Shown piece by piece: positions 1-7,381 of a stretch of DNA of 64,000 nt. Made by a program: the position numbers and the translations under genes. The notes under the pieces were generated by a model that saw only the letters and a list, made by a program, of their open reading frames with translations, had not been told where the DNA came from and did not search any database. The DNA lies in NCBI GenBank assembly GCA_032124675.1, contig JAQBDA010000315.1, positions 7,800 to 71,799 of the forward strand. Direction: 5' to 3'. Numbering within the stretch: the first letter of the stretch is position 1; every line of letters starts with the position of its first letter. Source of the DNA: Chloroflexota bacterium (lineage in GTDB: Bacteria; Chloroflexota; Anaerolineae; Anaerolineales; UBA4823).

Positions 1-510
1 CAGGCCCTCATCATAAGGGCGCACCTGCCACACCGAGCGGCGGATGGCTGCGTTGGCATTGTTGCAGAATGGGTGCTGTTGGTCCGGATCAGACTGATCT
101 GGAAACCAGCGCGCCAAGACCTGACCTTCAGAGAATTTCGTGGTCTGATCCCCGCGCTGCTTGCCGTAGGAGAGCGCCACCGCTGGATTATCGAAAGGCG
201 CCAGCAGGTGCTCCAGCCAGTCGGGATAGACCGGGTAGATATGCGCGCTGGCGATAACCACCACTTCGCCGTGGCTGTGGGAGATGCCCAGGTTGAGCGA
301 CCGCCCAAAGGTGAAATCTTCGGGCCGGATGTGCACCACCTGCACCGGGTATCGCCGTGCGATTGCCACGGTGTCATCGGTCGAGCCTGAATCCACCAGG
401 ATGATCTCTGGATCGATGAGAGACTGCTGTTGGATGCCGTCCAGCAGCCGCCCGATGTGTCGGGCTTCGTTATAAGCGCGGATGACGATCGAGCAGGCAG
501 GCGCACCCAT
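1..510 (-). CDS. glycosyltransferase family 2, N-terminal part (gene continues past the left window edge)
   Basis: Own reverse-strand translation from ATG 510-508: MGAPACSIVIRAYNEARHIGRLLDGIQQQSLIDPEIILVDSGSTDDTVAIARRYPVQVVHIRPEDFTFGRSLN...NANAAIRRSVWQVRPYDEGL, open through position 1 (170 codons). GT2 hallmarks (SIVIRAYNE strand, VDSGSTDDT). Not in the ORF track because no stop lies in the window. The ATG directly abuts the stop (511-513) of the upstream gene. Confidence 0.85.
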   Translation of the reverse strand, partial: MGAPACSIVIRAYNEARHIGRLLDGIQQQSLIDPEIILVDSGSTDDTVAIARRYPVQVVHIRPEDFTFGRSLNLGISHSHGEVVVIASAHIYPVYPDWLEHLLAPFDNPAVALSYGKQRGDQTTKFSEGQVLARWFPDQSDPDQQHPFCNNANAAIRRSVWQVRPYDEGL

Positions 511-1368
511 TTACCAGCCAGTATCCTTTTCGTATCCCAACTGGACCAGCAGCTCTCCAGCCACGTCTTTGAACAGCATCTTGTTCTCGGGATTGAAGGC
601 GGTCTTCCATCCCCCGGCTTTGCCGCTGCGGAAGGTGGGTGATCGCTGCGGGTCGATGCTCTCACCCAGGAGGCGCACTGCCTGGCCGCGCTCGAACGCG
701 GCCAGGAAGCCGCGGCTGGCGGCGTGATCGTAGATCGCCCCCAGAGCCTGCTCGCGGTCTGACAGGAAGTCTTCGAAGCGCAGGGTGAGCACCTCGGAGC
801 GTTCCAGCCAACCCAGGTAAGGTTCGAAACGCCGGCGGATGTCGGGGAATGGGATCTGCTCGCCCGGCAGGCCGAGGATGCTGGTGCGCAGGCGCTGGTC
901 GAAGTCCTTCAATTCCTGGGTGTAATAGGCATGGTGGATGTGGTTCGTCTCGATCTCGGTTACGTAATGGACGTGCGACACCACCACATCGCGCGGGTCG
1001 CGCAGGATAAAGTATACGGCCGCGGCAGGCTGGCAGAGAAATTCAGCCACCTCAGGCAATGCGTGCAGGTGTCCATAAGCGATATCCCCGGGGAGCAGGC
1101 GCTCAAGGTCGTTCAAAACCTGGGAGGGTGATCGCTGCCGGCCGGTAATCCCGTCGTATGTCACGACAGCCGGCAGACCGCTGTCCACAGCCGGACCCAG
1201 GCGTGTGAAGCCCTGCAAGACCTGGGTCAGCAAGTGGGTGCCGCTTTTCGGGAAGGAATTGGCGAACAGGACCGGTACGCCGGAGAGGGATATGCGGTGC
1301 CAGCGATACATTGCCTGCCAACGGCGCAGCCGGCGGCGGGCAAGGCGCGACTGAATATAAAGTGTCAT
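511..1368 (-). CDS. sulfotransferase family protein (PAPS-dependent)
   Basis: 285-aa ORF. 5'-phosphosulfate-binding loop FPKSGTHLL and 3'-phosphate-binding block LRDPRDVVVSH. Tandem paralog of 1377-2240 (shared RFEDF and TFRxGKxGxW blocks). Confidence 0.85.
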   Translation of the reverse strand: MTLYIQSRLARRRLRRWQAMYRWHRISLSGVPVLFANSFPKSGTHLLTQVLQGFTRLGPAVDSGLPAVVTYDGITGRQRSPSQVLNDLERLLPGDIAYGHLHALPEVAEFLCQPAAAVYFILRDPRDVVVSHVHYVTEIETNHIHHAYYTQELKDFDQRLRTSILGLPGEQIPFPDIRRRFEPYLGWLERSEVLTLRFEDFLSDREQALGAIYDHAASRGFLAAFERGQAVRLLGESIDPQRSPTFRSGKAGGWKTAFNPENKMLFKDVAGELLVQLGYEKDTGW

Positions 1369-1376
1369 TCTGAGGA

Positions 1377-2240
1377 CTACCAGTCGCTGCCTGTCTCGTA
1401 GCCTAATTTCAGCAGCAGGTCGCTGGTCTTCTCTTTGAACAGATCGATATTGCCCGGTGTGAAATGCTCACGCCAGTTGCCCGGTTTGCCTTTGCGGAAG
1501 GTGCCCGATTTCCGGGGTGAGACGGCTTTCTCCAGGGCATTGACTGCCTCCTGAGTCGGTATCCGGGGCGTGTGCCCGCGCTCTTCCAGGTAGCTCAAGA
1601 GACTACTTAGGGCAGCAGAGCGGTTCAGGATCAGATCCTCGAAGCGCAGGCAGAGCACTTCCGGCTGCTCCAGCCAGCCCAGGTAGCCCTCATAGCGGCG
1701 GCTGATGGGGGTCAGCTCGGAGCCGGGCTGCTCCACACCATTGATAGCAGCGTTGATGCGCGCTTCCATGCTGTCCAGCTCTTGAGTATAGTAGCGGTGC
1801 ATCCAGTGGCTTAGGTGCATTTCGGTGGCGTAAAAAATGTGTGAGACGATCATATCGCGCGGGTCACGGTAGACGAATATCGTCGCCTGTCCGGGTCCGG
1901 CAAGGGTCGATATGAATGGTTCGTTGGCGCTGATATAGCCGTAGCCGATATCCCCCGGCAGCATGCGTAGAATATTATCCAATACTGCCGCCTCCGGGAG
2001 CTTGCTGTTATCCTCGGCCCGGTTGACCGGGGGGAAGCCCGGGTTGACGAAAGGACCCACCCAGGTCAGCCCTTGAAGCACCTGGATGATCAGGTGCGAG
2101 CCGGATTTTGGCATGGCATTGCCCAACACGCTGGGTGTCGAGGATAGGCTGTCGGCACCCCACCGTGCGGCCGCGGCGGCTCGCCTCGCCCGCCAGCGGG
2201 CGAGCTTGAGGCTGTGTTTAATAATGTAGTAAACTTTCAT
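1377..2240 (-). CDS. sulfotransferase family protein (PAPS-dependent)
   Basis: 287-aa ORF. MPKSGSHLI (5'-PSB) and YRDPRDMIVSH (3'-PB) motifs. Paralog of 511-1368. ATGA overlap with the upstream gene at 2237-2240. Confidence 0.85.
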   Translation of the reverse strand: MKVYYIIKHSLKLARWRARRAAAAARWGADSLSSTPSVLGNAMPKSGSHLIIQVLQGLTWVGPFVNPGFPPVNRAEDNSKLPEAAVLDNILRMLPGDIGYGYISANEPFISTLAGPGQATIFVYRDPRDMIVSHIFYATEMHLSHWMHRYYTQELDSMEARINAAINGVEQPGSELTPISRRYEGYLGWLEQPEVLCLRFEDLILNRSAALSSLLSYLEERGHTPRIPTQEAVNALEKAVSPRKSGTFRKGKPGNWREHFTPGNIDLFKEKTSDLLLKLGYETGSDW

Positions 2241-3565
2241 AGATCATAGCTTAACCGCACCAGCTTTTTATCTGCCAGCTGGTTGACCACCTCCCAGGCG
2301 GATTGAAACGGGATCTCCAGCTCGGTAGCGATATCAGCAATGCTGCGCGTTCCATCGCAGTGGTCCATGATATCGAACAGGCGGCGGTGACCTGCCGGGT
2401 TGGTGCTGTGGTCGACCCAGATGCCGTACCCCGAGCAGAAGACCTCGCCCTTGAAATCGTTTACCGCGACCTGGTTCTTCTCCCAGGCATCGATCAGGCT
2501 CAAGACCAGGTCGCGCGAGACCTCCAGCCGCTCCTGGCTGACGATCTCCGGAGTATCCAGGCTGGAATGGTACTGCGGGTATGGCGGTCGCCCGGAGGCT
2601 TTGGGCGCCTCGACCCGCGAAAGCGACAGCATGGGCACGCGCACCCCGGGAGCATTGAACTGGCGTTCATCGTTATCGATGATGCCCCGGAACTCGCCCA
2701 GGTAGCTCTGCGGGTCGAGCTTGTGCAGGGCGCTTCGCAGGCAGCGGTCAGGCTGGCTCTCGGGCTGGAATGAACCCTGCAGAGCATGCGGCGAGTCGTT
2801 GCCCAGCATTTCTAGGAATAAGCCGCCAACCATCTTCGGGATTAAAGCCTCATTGTGGCTGAGATATGCCACCGAGCCGATCGTCTCGGGCAGGAATAAG
2901 ACCCGGTAGGTGTAATGGCGGGGCGGTCCGGCCAGCAGCGCCCGCGCCACTTCCACGCCTACCACCACGCCGGTCAGGTCATCGTTAGCCATCGCCGGGT
3001 GATCCAGGTGGGCGGCGAGCACGAAAGACTCGTCGGTCTCGCCAGGGACCACAACTTCAGCTACTTTCAGCGTGCCTGGCTCGAAGCGGGTGCGGATGAC
3101 AACCTGGTAGGCATTATCCTGCAGAGAATCTCGCAGCTGCTGGGTTGTGCACAACCCCCAGTCGCGGTCGTAATACTTGAATGCGAACGGGATGGCGTCC
3201 GGAAGGTTTGGGTGCACATGCAGGTGGCGAAGCAGCTCATCCCGGCTGACCAGGCCAACATATGGCAGCGAGTATGAGACCACATGCAGGGGATGGTCGG
3301 CGTAATCGATCAGCCTTTCCCCTTCGAGCGTCTCTAGGTAGGCTTCCCGGCAGCTCCATTTCTCGGGTATGTGCCAGGTCCAGCAATTTTCACCGGTCGG
3401 GTATTCGTGGATGGTCATCGGCACTTCATCAGCCAGCCGGGACAGCGACCGGTCGAAATCCTCCGAGACAAGGTCGCGTTTCAGGTACCAGAGTTCGTTG
3501 ATCAGGTCAAGCATGTCAGTCATAATAGATTGTCCTATGGATAGTAAGATGTTGGGGTGAAGCAT
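2237..3565 (-). CDS. DUF4910/DUF2172-type protein (M28 aminopeptidase-like fold with C-terminal winged helix)
   Basis: 442-aa ORF. M28-like metal-ligand-style block HLDHPAMANDDLTG. C-terminal wHTH-like tail (SIADIATELEIPFQSAWEVVNQLADKKLV). Family recalled from COG4310-type proteins found in polysaccharide clusters; not verified by search. Confidence 0.65.
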   Translation of the reverse strand: MLHPNILLSIGQSIMTDMLDLINELWYLKRDLVSEDFDRSLSRLADEVPMTIHEYPTGENCWTWHIPEKWSCREAYLETLEGERLIDYADHPLHVVSYSLPYVGLVSRDELLRHLHVHPNLPDAIPFAFKYYDRDWGLCTTQQLRDSLQDNAYQVVIRTRFEPGTLKVAEVVVPGETDESFVLAAHLDHPAMANDDLTGVVVGVEVARALLAGPPRHYTYRVLFLPETIGSVAYLSHNEALIPKMVGGLFLEMLGNDSPHALQGSFQPESQPDRCLRSALHKLDPQSYLGEFRGIIDNDERQFNAPGVRVPMLSLSRVEAPKASGRPPYPQYHSSLDTPEIVSQERLEVSRDLVLSLIDAWEKNQVAVNDFKGEVFCSGYGIWVDHSTNPAGHRRLFDIMDHCDGTRSIADIATELEIPFQSAWEVVNQLADKKLVRLSYDL

Positions 3566-3644
3566 TTACCGCTGCATTCCCATAAACCAGAAGCGGCGAT
3601 CAGGCAAATGCTTCGCCCGTACCGGGGACAGCTGCGTATGAACT

Positions 3645-4520
3645 TCACCCGTTGACCGGGCGGTTTGTAACCAGCGACCAGGGGTCGTCAGCCAGGAATT
3701 CGTCCACTGCGGCCATGAAATCGACCAGCCGGCAAAGGGCGACATGCCCATAATTCAGCTTCACACTGGACCACAGACCGCGCTCCTGGAGGACTTCCTG
3801 CACCGCGTACAGCTCGATTTTCGGGTCGATCTCCATGTCGCGCACGAACATGCGGTAGGTGCGCTCTTGCCATCCCCGGTCGGTCTTCACCTGCCCGGTG
3901 AAGTCTTTCCAATAGCGGTAAGGGACGGAGGCGCGCTGCTCGCAGTAATGCAGCATGGCGGTTGCCTGGATATCGGCGCCGAGCAGGAGCAGCTTGAAAT
4001 CCAGATCCAGCATGCGCTCGAAGGGCGAACCGGGGTCGAAGGCAGAATGCGTGTCACGCCGGGCAAGGTCAGCGGCGTGCTGCCCCACAGCTGCCAGGGA
4101 CTGCATCGGATGTGGGCTGCGCTGTGCGAACGGGAGCTGGCGTACGTACTCAGAAAAGACGCCCATGCCTGCTGATGGCGTGCTCTGCGGGTCGTAGGCC
4201 TCGCCGCGGGCGAAGGCGAAGTTGAAGGTAGGTACGGCGACTGTACCAGTTTGGAGAGGGGAGATAGGAGCGGCGATTTGCGAATTAGGCGTTGCGAATT
4301 GCGAGTCAGAAGCGGCGAGGGGCGTGTCAGGGGATGGCTCACCTTCCAGGACGGCGTGTAGAGCCCAGTAGTAGATGCCGATGCCCCCCACCGGCTGCCC
4401 CAGGAACTGGATGGCAGAATGCACCAGCAGGCCATCGCCCTGGCGGACCCCGGCTGACTTCAGCGCGGCAGCGATCTGGTTCTGCGTCACAGGCTGCATC
4501 AGGCTACCCGGCGCCTCCAT
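3645..4520 (-). CDS. AAC(3)/Antibiotic_NAT-like N-acyltransferase with a 30-aa low-complexity insertion
   Basis: 291-aa ORF. GDGLLVHSAIQFLG near the N-terminus and later AVPTFNF, DPGSPFERM and KLLLLG blocks resemble the aminoglycoside 3-N-acetyltransferase fold family. Insert EPSPDTPLAASDSQFATPNSQIAAPISPLQ maps to 4251-4340. Alternative start ATG 4499. Confidence 0.7.
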   Translation of the reverse strand: MEAPGSLMQPVTQNQIAAALKSAGVRQGDGLLVHSAIQFLGQPVGGIGIYYWALHAVLEGEPSPDTPLAASDSQFATPNSQIAAPISPLQTGTVAVPTFNFAFARGEAYDPQSTPSAGMGVFSEYVRQLPFAQRSPHPMQSLAAVGQHAADLARRDTHSAFDPGSPFERMLDLDFKLLLLGADIQATAMLHYCEQRASVPYRYWKDFTGQVKTDRGWQERTYRMFVRDMEIDPKIELYAVQEVLQERGLWSSVKLNYGHVALCRLVDFMAAVDEFLADDPWSLVTNRPVNG

Positions 4521-5019
4521 CTCCGTCAGGCTGCTCGTCTACGTACTCATCCCAAAGCAGGCGTCCCACGCGGAATTCAAGCTGGAAGCCCATCCGCTCA
4601 TACAGCTTCCAGCTGGCCTCGTTATCTTTGAGCACCTGGATCTCGATCGAGTGCGCCCCTTGCTGGCGCATCCAATCGATCGCCAGCCGGGAGAGCCGGT
4701 CGCCGATGCCCATACGCCGGGCGCTGGCATCGATCCACATATCGCTCAGCTCACCTACCATTACCCCACCCATATATGACGGCACGCGCTTCAGCCGGCA
4801 GAGCATGAAGCCGACCACACGGTCGTCGACCTCAGCGATGAAGACATTGCTGAAGCGACCCAGCGTGCGCTGGAATGAGTCAAGCCATACCTCACCCACA
4901 TTCTCCGGGTGCGGCAGGCGGTAGCCCATCGAGTAGAAATATGTGTTTAGGTTCTCGTAGAACTCCAGCAGGACCGGCAGGTCGGATTCGGCAACCGTGC
5001 GGTAGGAGACGCTGCTCAT
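4504..5019 (-). CDS. GNAT family N-acetyltransferase
   Basis: The track ORF (4504-5445) has an Arg/Pro-rich N-terminal 142 aa that overlaps the upstream gene in another frame. ATG 5019-5017 overlaps the upstream stop as ATGA. The 171-aa product MSSVSYRTVAESDLPVLLEF... has a GNAT core and an acetyl-CoA-loop-like RRMGIGDRL. Confidence 0.8.
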   Translation of the reverse strand: MSSVSYRTVAESDLPVLLEFYENLNTYFYSMGYRLPHPENVGEVWLDSFQRTLGRFSNVFIAEVDDRVVGFMLCRLKRVPSYMGGVMVGELSDMWIDASARRMGIGDRLSRLAIDWMRQQGAHSIEIQVLKDNEASWKLYERMGFQLEFRVGRLLWDEYVDEQPDGDGGAG

Positions 5020-6206
5020 CTCACTGCCTCCTGTACTGCGGGCGGCCATCCCCCGGGGTCCAGACCGTATTGTGCCAGGAACGCGTAAGCCATGCGCTCC
5101 AGCCCAAAAGCCACACAGCCGGTGTGGGCCGGCGACCCGTCCGGCAAGGTGATATCCAGATGGCGCCCGAAGAAGTTCTGGTGGTAGTTGTACGACCCGA
5201 CCGCCAGGGTGGAGTCCTTGAAAGGCAGGCGGGCGCGGATCTCGAACTTGAGCTGGAAGGCACTCTGGAAGACCGTCTGCTTGCGGAACTCGCCGATGAA
5301 GAAGGGATCGGTAGCGCTCTCCACCCGGTAAGCCAGACCGATCTCTTCGAACACCTGGCGCATGTGCTTGCGGGCGGCTTCCCGGTTGTCGAGCACGAAT
5401 TCCTTGGAGCCGACGAAGATCACTTCGCGCATGGTGAAATTCCACAAGCGCTCCAGAGAGGTCAGGTTGGTTGACTCATAACGGAAGCAGTTGCCAACCG
5501 CAGTGGCGGTGACCTGACCATCCGGGAGCGGTCTATCCGCCAGGGAGAAATATAGATGGTAGCAGACCGCCGGGGAGAGCAGCGCCTGGATGGGCGAGAA
5601 CGAGCCCTCCGGGGTGTTGAGCCCGTGCGCGTCACAGGCGGCGTGCTGAGCGAAGTGATCGATCACATCCAGGTCTTCGCGCAGGTGGGTGGCAAAGGTC
5701 AGCGAGTGCGGGAAGGCGCGGAAGTAGTTCACCCTTTCCAGATAACGGGCGGGGATCAGGGTCGGGAAGCGGTAGGGCTCGGCGCCAAACCTTCCTGCCA
5801 GGTCCAGAAAGCGACCTTCGAAGTATTCCATCACCCTGGTAAGGAGCGGGCCAAAGACGAAAATGCCCTGCGCCTCTTTGGATATCTGCCTGCTAGAGAG
5901 CAGTTCTGGATGCGGGTCGGTGTGGTATGGGACGGGGCGATCAAGGTAGTCTTCCAGCACCTGTATCTTGGGTTTCAAGGTCCCTTCAACCATCGTGGAG
6001 ACCACCCGCTGGACTTTGGCATCGATCTCCTCGCTTTGCTGCGCGGTAACCGGTTGGCTGAGAGCGAGGCTGATCAGGTCTCCTTCTGGAGAGACGCGGG
6101 CGCTGCGGATGCGCTCGTCGACGTAGGCCAGCTTGGACTGCACCTCACCGGTCAGGTAGCCGGGGATATCAATGGAAGGTCTGATATCGAGGCTGTTCTC
6201 AGGCAT
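5016..6206 (-). CDS. amino acid--[acyl-carrier-protein] ligase (class II aaRS catalytic-core homolog without a tRNA-binding domain)
   Basis: Class II synthetase motif 2 GNCFRYES and motif 3 GCVAFGLERMAYAF. About 396 aa with no recognisable anticodon/tRNA-binding domain. ATG 6206 is preceded by GAGGAG (the track start 6221 is TTG). Overlaps the stop of the adjacent carrier-protein gene by 8 nt. Confidence 0.75.
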   Translation of the reverse strand: MPENSLDIRPSIDIPGYLTGEVQSKLAYVDERIRSARVSPEGDLISLALSQPVTAQQSEEIDAKVQRVVSTMVEGTLKPKIQVLEDYLDRPVPYHTDPHPELLSSRQISKEAQGIFVFGPLLTRVMEYFEGRFLDLAGRFGAEPYRFPTLIPARYLERVNYFRAFPHSLTFATHLREDLDVIDHFAQHAACDAHGLNTPEGSFSPIQALLSPAVCYHLYFSLADRPLPDGQVTATAVGNCFRYESTNLTSLERLWNFTMREVIFVGSKEFVLDNREAARKHMRQVFEEIGLAYRVESATDPFFIGEFRKQTVFQSAFQLKFEIRARLPFKDSTLAVGSYNYHQNFFGRHLDITLPDGSPAHTGCVAFGLERMAYAFLAQYGLDPGGWPPAVQEAVR

Positions 6207-6450
6207 GACCGTTCTCCTCAATATAGCTGCAGATCGCCGGAATGCTGGTCAGCTGTTCGATGGTGTCCGTGTTGATATCGATGCCAAACTGCGCCTCCAG
6301 CGCCATCATCACTTCCATATGTCCCATCGAATCCCACTGCGGCAGGTCGCCGAACGCCAGCTCTGGGGCTATCTGCTCAGGGGATATTCGCAGAGCTTCG
6401 CTGAGCGCAGCCTGCACGCGGGCGGTCAGAACCTGGGTATTAACGCTCAT
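6199..6450 (-). CDS. acyl/aminoacyl carrier protein
   Basis: 83 aa, carrier-protein size and pattern with a phosphopantetheine Ser motif LPQWDSMGHMEVMMALE. Adjacent to and overlapping the aaRS-like ligase. Confidence 0.8.
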   Translation of the reverse strand: MSVNTQVLTARVQAALSEALRISPEQIAPELAFGDLPQWDSMGHMEVMMALEAQFGIDINTDTIEQLTSIPAICSYIEENGHA

Positions 6451-7355
6451 ATGTTTTCCTTATCATCTATTTGCTCATTGGATTTTATTTTACAGACGCC
6501 CACCGGCTGGTATTGGGGGGCCCATTTGCCCCACGGCATGCCGTTATCTCCAGACTGGCTGTAAAAAGAGGCCAGACCGTCGCGCAGCTCGGCACAATCG
6601 ACGAGCGCAGCGAACAGATCAGCATACCGGTCGTAGTTGGAGGGGGTGTCCGCGGGCAGCTTGAAACAGCGCCGCAGGCTCTGATCCGAATAGCACCAGC
6701 CATGGGATGGCTCATGGTACCAATCCTGGTCGGAGGCTGCACCGAGAGTAGCCAGCAGCAGGCCACCGGGTTTCAGCACGCGCAGCAGCTCATCTACCAC
6801 CAGCTCCAGGTCGTGGGGTGAGTTGTGTTCCAGGGCAGATACGGCGACGACCGCATCCAGTGAGCTGTCTGGGATATCGGTCAGCTTTTTTAAGTCCTGG
6901 TTGTAAACAACAACCTTGCCTAATGCCTGGTTCCCCTGCAGCGCGGCTGCCAGATCGCGCGCCTGGGAGGTGATTTTCGTCCTCAGTCTGCCGGGAGCGA
7001 GCATTCTCGCCTGGAGCATCTGACCGGTGGGCAGCAAGTCCTGCTCCCGCAACCCGCGGGTGCGGAATCTGCGCCGGAAGCGCAGCGGCAGATCGGCTCG
7101 GCTGGCGCGGTCCACACTGAGCACTTCTGCGCCATGCTCTGCCAGGTACCACTGCATCACGCCCGTCCCGGCACCGGCATCCATGATGCGCTTCCCGCCC
7201 GGCACCCCTAGCTGGCGGATGATCCAGGTCAGATCAAGCAGGTAGTGCCAGCCAAACTCAAGACTCAACGAGCGAGCGATCCGTTTCAGATCATCGACGG
7301 TTGGACGCTCTTCATCGAGCAGGGTGACCGGTAGGATTTCGATTTTATCTGGCAT
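6447..7355 (-). CDS. class I SAM-dependent methyltransferase
   Basis: 302 aa. Motif I IMDAGAGTGV followed by EVLSVD, and a post-II block ALEH. ATGA overlap with the ACP gene. Confidence 0.8.
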   Translation of the reverse strand: MPDKIEILPVTLLDEERPTVDDLKRIARSLSLEFGWHYLLDLTWIIRQLGVPGGKRIMDAGAGTGVMQWYLAEHGAEVLSVDRASRADLPLRFRRRFRTRGLREQDLLPTGQMLQARMLAPGRLRTKITSQARDLAAALQGNQALGKVVVYNQDLKKLTDIPDSSLDAVVAVSALEHNSPHDLELVVDELLRVLKPGGLLLATLGAASDQDWYHEPSHGWCYSDQSLRRCFKLPADTPSNYDRYADLFAALVDCAELRDGLASFYSQSGDNGMPWGKWAPQYQPVGVCKIKSNEQIDDKENI

Positions 7356-7381
7356 AGATTCTGGGGGTCAGCCTTGATCTC

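Noticed and set aside
69-727. Several plus-strand ORFs at the left edge (69-257, 73-390, 284-475, 430-642, 482-727)
   Set aside because: They are antisense to the partial GT2 gene (1-510) and the sulfotransferase. The reverse strand translates into clean GT2 and sulfotransferase sequences.
5020-5445. N-terminal 142-codon extension of the GNAT ORF; similar extensions exist at 32525-32686 (PseB), 31446-31517 (RmlD-like), 10982-11026 (NeuB fusion) and 27020-27085
   Set aside because: The extensions overlap upstream genes or have Arg/Pro-rich junk composition. Internal ATGs coincide with family N-termini, SD sequences or ATGA/TAATG coupling.
5556-6275. 239-aa plus-strand ORF; also 13811-14677, 40015-40791, 58992-59603 and 61509-62369
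   Set aside because: Each is antisense to a well-supported minus-strand gene (ligase, PAPS synthase, GT-C, methyltransferase/PNPOx, MFS) and has no motifs.
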